A stretch of DNA of 40,510 bases from Rozella allomycis CSF55 (lineage: Eukaryota): contig KE561087.1 in the NCBI GenBank assembly GCA_000442015.1, positions 1-40,510 of the forward strand. The letters are read 5' to 3'. The translations under genes were made by a program, and so were the position numbers. Each line of letters opens with the position of its first letter. Position 1 is the first letter of the stretch. Positions 33,261 through 40,510 of the stretch are shown in pieces. The notes beneath the pieces were generated by a model that saw nothing but the letters and a program-made list of their open reading frames with translations, had not been told where the DNA came from and searched no databases.

Positions 33261-36200
33261 TTAAAAAGCCACAGTGGTTCTCATATCCTGAATCTTTTTA
33301 GCAACATCCCCCGAATTTCGTTCCATAGCCTGAGCGATATCAATTTTCTTATCCGTTGGCAAAGACAAATACTGTTCGACCAATTCGCCATCAATCACAT
33401 TTTTCACAGGAAGATAGTACGATCTGTACGACAGATAGTCTCTTCCCACAAGCGACGGGTACTCGTTTCTTAAATGCATTTCCAAATACTGAAAAAACTC
33501 TACATCTTCCTTTGTAACAAACGGAATGAAAACACCAATGGCGCCTTGTAAAGTTGTGTAGACCAACACTTCACGGCCGCCGAATACTAGACTTGTTTTG
33601 TTAATGGAGGTGATTGCGTCGCCAACATGGAAATGAACAACTTGTTCCAACTAAATGAATAATGATTGTGATTGTTACTTTGTGCGGAGCGCCTTGAAGG
33701 AATGCTTTGTCTGACATTAGTTTATTGCCAGAAGGATCTTCGTCTAAATCTTTAGCGACATGTTTGGGCAATCTCAAGACAAAGAAATTGCCAAATTTAT
33801 CAGCAGCAGCCATAGTGTCATAGTCCAATGGAATGAAACAAGTAAGCCAGCGTGGTAGAGTGTCATCAGCGTAAATGTAAAATTGATTCAAATCTGGTCT
33901 GTAAAGCCCATAATGAAGAGATTCTTGAATATCACCAACCACAATTCTATTTCCTTGAGTGTGAATTGAAACAATGCAATTTGGTAATTTCTTTGTTTCA
34001 CATTTTCTTAAAAGTTTCTTTTTGCCTAAATCATATAATCTTAGACAATTTCCCATTCCTATTAATAATCTACCTTGAAACCCACAGATGGCCAATGGAA
34101 GATCTTCTAGTGGCGTTTTATGAACTAAGTCTAAAGATGTTCCATCAGAAGAGTATTTAAATACATAAATGTAACCACTGGAACAAGTTCTAGGTGATGT
34201 TATTGTATCTTTTGATGTTCCAACAACAAGAAACGCTTCACCAGGCCTTGTATGGAAACTACAATTGGCAACACTAAAATAAGTCATTCAATTAAAGTTT
34301 ACCTAAAAGCAGCTTCGTTGTTTTCAAATTCATATAAAAATGTTGTTTCACCTTTAAATGGATGAATGACTCTTAAACAAGAAGCCCAATGACAACCTTC
34401 ATGGACATTAACAGTTGCTTCTCTCATCCATTCAGGCAATTTATTAATTAAATCTTCATTTTCATCTTCCATATCATCAGGATCAGTCAACTTTTCTTTA
34501 ATCAATTCTCTCTTCTTTGTTTCTGTTAGAGTATTATGGTCAGATTCAATAACAACAAAAGTTTTAAATTCTGGCTGGAATAATAATTTTCTGGGTGTAT
34601 ATTTTAATGGTAAAGATTGTTGATTAAAGTTGTTTCCCAAATTATCAATTACGAAAATTCTCAAACTGTTTCCAGCCACAGCGATGATTCCATTGGAGCA
34701 TTGTGGAGATGAAATACTTGAGCCATATTCTAATGTCTCATAGAACAATGGACATATAGTTGATTTATTTTGATATGTGTATTGTAGCCATGGTCTTGTT
34801 GAAAGTGCCAACACTGCATTTCCAGTTTCTAATGCAACTTTTCCTAATCTAACAGCACGTGGGCCCAAGAACCTGGTTCTAGCATCAGATAAAGTTCCAG
34901 TTATTTGGTCAACAGTCAATCTAACAAAAACACCATTTTCCAATCCAATATTCAAATAAAGAGATCCATCTTTTTCATGGGAAACATCAAACATTTCAAT
35001 CAACAACACAGAACAAGGTTTAGAAGAAAGTGCTTGCATAGATAAAGGTTGAAGACAATCATCAGGATTCAATGAAAATATTCTAACAGTTGAATCTTCA
35101 CTTCCAACAGCAACAAATCTGCATCTTTGACGTCCTTCAGGAACTGGACCCAAAGACAAACTTATTATTTGACTGTTCAATTGTTTCTTCTCTTCAAACT
35201 CTTGCAAATTTCCATTCAAGTCCATTTCAAAATAAACTAACTCTCCTCCACTCAAAGCAAGTACTATTTGGCTTGTATTGCATGTCGCCTGTTGCACAGT
35301 CTGCTTTCCCGGTGGCTTCCAATCTTGAATACTTCCATCCTTTTTTATCAATCGAAGTCCACTTGAATGTGCCTTAAACAATGAAATTAAATAAATTTAC
35401 TTGAACTAATGAATCATCATTCAATCTTCCAACACAAATTGTTTTAACATTGTTTAAAAATCCAGAATCTTGTACTTCTTCAACTGATTCTCCAATGGAT
35501 AAAATAACTGTAGCATTTACAAAAGATACAATAATATATGAATCAAATTCATCATTCTCTGATTTTTTAACAGTCCAAACAGCAATTGGATTGCCAGGTA
35601 GTTCAGAAACAGCCATTTCTGAAATTTCCAATCCATGTCTCAAAATTCTTAAACTACTTTCACTTCCTTTTCCGCACGCTGCATAAAATTGTGGTGTTTC
35701 TTCATTTGTTAAATTCATCACCTTGCAATCAATTATTGGATTTAAAGATTCCAATGAAGAAACAACAGAAAGATTCTTCAACTCTCTTGGCTCAATCCAT
35801 GCTTCCTTCAAGTTTTGACTAGATGAAAATGAATATTCTTCCTCTTCGCCAAGTCCATGGATTTGGTACAATAAACTATTTAATCTATTAATCATTATTT
35901 ACTGATGGCCATTTTCTGTAGCTAAAAATAAAAATCCTGTCTTTAAAACATTCAATGAAACTGATCTAGGAACAGAATCAAAATATTTCACAACAAGATT
36001 TTTAACATTGCCCTTGTCACTCTCAATCGTTACGTTAAAAAGATCTCCATCTTCATTTTGCACAAGAAAGAAAAAGAAATTCTAATTTCATTCAACTTTA
36101 AAATTTACTTTCTTTTTAAATAATGAATAGGAAACAATTAACGCATCTCTCTCTTTACTTTCAAGTGGATTTCTTCTTCTTGGTATTGGAATTCTATGGG

Positions 36201-37018
36201 CCTTTTGTCCCTGATGTCTCCATTCAATAAATCCTTCAGAGCAAACCAACACACCTCCAGGTCCATCAGATCCACCAGGCACTTTATCAATAAATTCTTT
36301 CACATTTACCTGGTATCAACATATTGGCTCTATTATCCACAACTTCACTCCAACGTCTCACCACATGATTCAATCCCAGATCCAGTTCATAATAAGTAAC
36401 CATCTTCTCACAACTATCAATCCCATTAGTTTCCAAATCAGCCTCCGTATAATCAACCTCCAAACACGCAAAAATAGGATTCTCATATCCCACATCAACC
36501 CCAACACACGCAAACGTCAGCATATGATTCTTATGCGCTTCAAGAGGCGACGATATCGTCATTCGAGCCTCAGCATCTCTATTCAGCACATACACAAACT
36601 TTTGCTTCTCCACAGCGCATATCATTGTCGCACGACCCATCGGATCACTCGCAACATACTGTCCAGGCACTATCCTCCTGCACCCAGTCTTGCCAAATGT
36701 CTCCTGGTGCAGCTTCTCAAAACTATTCGACTCCTCCTTGTACTCCAAAACAACGATGCGGCCACTGTCACTGCCAATAATAATATAATCCTTGGTCGCA
36801 CCAATAAGTCGGAACGGCGTAACACTGCGGATAACGCCAAATACATCCTGGCTCAGCAAACAGTTCATTTTGCCAGTCTCGGCATCGACACGGTACAGCT
36901 CCAAAAGAGACGCCCCTTTGCTCACAAGTATCTCCTGCTGCTTGCCGCCAGAAAAATTTCCTGCGACCGATATATTGATGGAACTCGGCTTTTGTAAAGA
37001 TAGGTTGTACAAATGCAT
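33261..37018 (-). CDS. SF3B3: Splicing factor 3B subunit 3 (Rse1/SAP130)
   Basis: [92 protein letters not shown]; 6 GT-AG introns. Confidence 0.96.
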
Positions 37019-37165
37019 ACCGATTTTCTACAAATTTTGCAAGGGTTATGCTAAAACCTTTACTGGAAATAGTTGTGATTACAGACAGTCTTTATGTATT
37101 AAAAATAATTCATGTTGGGTTTCAATTTATTTAAACCATTCGTTGACCCCTGTTTTAACAAATCA

Positions 37166-37443
37166 ATGCGATTGCAATTATTAAGAGTAAAAGATTCTTC
37201 ACTGTATTAAAGCCATTGAGAAATTGTTCCTTAAAGTCAATTAATTACTATGCGACCGTCAAAGGGGATAAAATCGACATGGTTCAACAACTCTACCTCG
37301 AGGAATTGCCCAAGGCTGTGGATGAAGTAAAGCAAAAGTCTCAAGGAAAGCCTGTACAAAAAAGTGTGCCGGAAGAAAAACCAGATGCCGCCCCAAAAGC
37401 TAAACGCCCGGATTCAAATTCAAATTCAAAAAAGAAAAAATAA
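37166..37443 (+). CDS. Small mitochondrial protein, possibly ATP synthase subunit h/F6-like
   Basis: Exon 37166-37186, intron 37187-37212, exon 37213-37443 gives MRLQLLRPLRNCSLKSINYYAT (presequence-like) followed by DMVQQLYLEEL. Confidence 0.4.
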
Positions 37444-37477
37444 ATCAAGAATTCACCAATTAGGTTTAGAGCATTAT

Positions 37478-38793
37478 TTATTCTACAGTTTGAGTTTTTG
37501 GCTTCTTTTCCTCCACACGATTAATGCTCTTGCGGCGGTTGTTATTGTAGTTGTAGCGGCGATAGGTATTGTTTTGTTGCGTAGGTCTAGGTCTACGTTC
37601 TTCTGAAACAAAATCGCGGCCATGCAGAGTAAACTTGTGTCCAACTGCCTTCTTCGCATCTTCAACAGTGTCATAATGTATGACTGCATAATTTTTTGTC
37701 AACTCAACTCTTTTAACAGGAGAAATTTCATTAAATATATCTTTCAATTCCTCATAAGTTGTCTCTTTTGGAACATTTCCAATATATATCATGAAACGAT
37801 GTTCTATGATCCTCTATAAGAATAATCCTTACGTGGCTCTTTATATTCTCTGTTCTCCTTGTTGTGAAAGTCACGTCGGAATTTTCTTGGTGGAGTATTT
37901 TCCTTCACTTCTTCTTCTGCGTGAGTTGAGTAGCCCTTAGCTGATGAACTATGTCCTCCCCATTTATTGGTTTCATGAGCTGCAAGCTTTGCCCAAGAAC
38001 TTGGCTTCTTTTGATCCTTCATATGCACAACTGGCTCACTTTCTTTATCTTCAACAGTCAAATTTTGAACACTTTCAACCAAAACATTTTCGTCTTCCTC
38101 AATAATTGGTTCGGGAAGAGATGGATCTTCAGGCGATTCTTCTGTTACAGACTCGGGTCTTGTTTCCGAAGGTTCTGGAACCATGCTATCTATTTCAGTG
38201 TACTTATCGTCCTCATCAGCAGCGGGCATTGATGGGATGCACAAATCAAGATCCTCATTCTGAACTGGCTTTTCTTCCTCTACTGCATGTTGGACAGCTT
38301 GTTCAACAGTCAAGGATTTCGAAGCTGAAGTTTGGATTCCGGCATTTTGAAGATAAACAAGAATGTCATTAAGAACATAATAACCATTTGGTTGCTCAGC
38401 AAGAAAAAAGGTTTGTGTGAAATTATTTAATTTGCCACGGCAGTCCATACGACCGACAACGACAAGGATAATTCCATTAGCTGCAGATGGCTGCCACGTG
38501 ATGCTAGACACGGCAACAACGCAACCCTGCAAACCTGCACTTTCATAATAGGAGCATATTTCCTATTTAAAACCATTAAATACTTTTACACTTTGATTTC
38601 TAAGCACTTTCCGATCAAGATCACCATCCAAGCCAACTGTCATACTAGAGTTTTTATCATAGAAATGATGAAGACGCTCTGGTTCGTTGCTCATCATGGT
38701 ATAAAAATTTTTGACGAATTTATAACACACGTATTGGATGTCTAACTTTGGTTGAGGTACAGAGGACGCTGGCGCCGTAGAAGTTTCCGTCAT
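37478..38793 (-). CDS. NTF2 + RRM protein (G3BP/Bre5/Nxt3 family)
   Basis: NTF2 domain (FVKNFYTMMSNEPERLHHFY..FTQTFFLAEQPNGYYVLNDI), acidic linker, SSWAKLAA motif, RRM (IYIGNVP); 2 introns. Confidence 0.88.
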
Positions 38794-38885
38794 TGAAGAC
38801 AAAGAAGTCCAAGCCACGAAAAGACTGCAGGGGTCTTTCGTTGCGCTAATTTGCAAATTTTAATATAAAAAGATAATTTATTGGT

Positions 38886-39851
38886 TTATCGGTTATTGCT
38901 GGTTAAAATAATACCAACCGCCAGTATAGCACAAACCACCACTACAATTAGAAGAAGGAAACACTTCTTTTTCCTCGCACTTCTTTGATGCCTGCTTGCA
39001 GAAGTTAATTCTACCGCCGCATTTTGAGTTCTTGTTGCTGTTGTTTCAATATTAGATTCGATATTATCGATAAGCGATTGCTGCTCATTAACTAAGGTAC
39101 CAAGATCCCGAAAAATCTCATTGACTTGGAGAATGGCTGTTTCAATTTCTTGAATACCTTCTTCTCTTTCCTTAATTAAGTCTTCATTGTAGTCGATTTC
39201 ATTTTTCATAAAGGTCAATTCTTGCCTAGTCAATTTTGAAATATCGTGTTACCTTCTCTCATAATCATTAATTAAAGATTCTTTTTCTTGGATATCTTCA
39301 GAGTCATGCCTGGCTTGAGATTCCAATGCTTCAGTGGCGGCTTTGGCCCTCACAATATACTCCCTTGACTTTTCTGCAGCTTCCCTTTCAACCTGTTGAA
39401 ATCTTTTCAACACGGCTTGAAGATCCTTTGACAATTTATTCTGTTGTATTCTTCCATTCCTCTAGTTTCATGCCTATGTCACTTTCATTACCTCTTTTTC
39501 AGGCTGATCGAAATGCGCCGCATTAAGCTTTTTCATATCTTCGCCGGCTTTTCTTGCAATATGACTTGTAGTTTCAGTTAGATGATGACTATGTGATTAA
39601 AACATATGTTTTTGTACAGTTTCTGTCTGATTTGTTGATTATCTCTGGGTGTTCCAAACAATGTCGCAATCTTTTGTATTGCGGCTATATTATTTGACAT
39701 TTGAAAAATAGCTGAACTAATAGAATCACTCAATATCTTGAAACTAGAATCTTGATCTTGTATTTAACTTCCTTTGGTTATTACCTTGTATTTCTATGGA
39801 AAACTCATTATTTTTGTTCTCTTTTTTCTTGGTATAATTAGAAAACGACAT
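38886..39851 (-). CDS. Syntaxin, Pep12/syntaxin-7 family t-SNARE
   Basis: Habc region (LFGTPRD), SNARE motif EREEGIQEIETAILQVNEIFRDLGTLVNEQQSLIDNIESNI, C-terminal TM helix; ATG at 39851; 4 introns. Confidence 0.9.
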
Positions 39852-39892
39852 TTATAAGTCCTCTAAATTGTGGCTCAGTATTGAAGCAAAAA

Positions 39893-40210
39893 TGAATGAT
39901 ATAATTAGATCAGAGTTCAATAAAGATCTCCGAAGAATTTGTATCAAGTAATGCTTTATTTTAATTTCTATTGACTTAATTTCCACCACGGCAGATTATT
40001 AAGATGTATTTCTAATCCCTATTACAGGTTCAGGGTTAGGTTTGGAAATGAGCGCGCCAACAGATTTTAAGAGATATTCAAAATTTCAATTTGTCGAAGA
40101 AAGAGACCATAAATAGAAAAGAGAAAATGAAGGCGCAGGACGCTTATCAGCATTTACGGAAAGAGTCAAGAAAATTTATTAAACAAGAAAGAGCAGTAAT
40201 GAGAGGTTGA
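39893..40210 (+). CDS. Possible small multi-exon hypothetical gene (structure unresolved)
   Basis: ATG followed by a GT donor at ~39949, and a basic open frame ILRDIQNFNLSKKETINRKEKMKAQDAYQHLRKE..; no homology recognised. Confidence 0.2.
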
Positions 40211-40510
40211 ACTTTTATATTTAAGGCAACATCGTAGAATAATACATCATTAGAAACATCTAACAGAAAAACACCATCAAATGATCCAATATTGACAATA
40301 GGCGCTTTTTCTACTTTTTTAGAGTCAGGGATAGATTAAATAAAGAGGTGTATTGAATGATGTTTTTAGAAATTAGAATATAACAGTAAACTGAGTAGAT
40401 TATTGCTTCACCAACAATTAAGATTAAATCTTTAGTTTGTCTTAAAATTCTCTTATCCGAAAAGAATTTTATCATATTCAAGCAATCTTTCAAGAAGATA
40501 GAAGATTTCT

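Noticed and set aside
40211-40510. Possible 3' end of a minus-strand gene at the window edge
   Set aside because: Too short and ambiguous to assign a frame or product.

Overview
AT-rich, very gene-dense eukaryotic DNA with many tiny spliceosomal introns: about 59 reconstructed by hand, all roughly 24-32 nt. A flagellar gene (DRC11/IQCA1) and fungal-type housekeeping genes point to a zoosporic early-diverging fungus or relative. A Rozella-like cryptomycotan is my inference, not something the sequence proves. Conserved genes: Vps15 3' part, a DUSP-UBL ubiquitin-specific protease, DRC11, RNA polymerase III RPC2, isovaleryl-CoA dehydrogenase, condensin subunit H, an ACOT9-like thioesterase, tRNA-Thr(AGT), a cNMP-binding protein, Sas10/Utp3, SF3B3/Rse1, a G3BP/Bre5-like protein and a Pep12/syntaxin-7-like SNARE. 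Between them lie putative effector or lineage-specific genes: a secreted bacterial-type sphingomyelinase C, a P-loop NTPase plus restriction-endonuclease-fold (Crinkler/RHS-like) protein, a divergent kinase with a signal peptide, and two other secreted proteins. The most unusual signals are (1) two conserved genes whose reading frame is only restored by 26-nt GT...TG introns with no usable AG acceptor, and (2) repeated C-rich > CpG-rich > G-rich skew switches that do not follow gene orientation. A ~1 kb tandem duplication across an N at 1934 is probably an assembly or haplotype artefact. All homology calls are from recalled motifs; no database searches were run.
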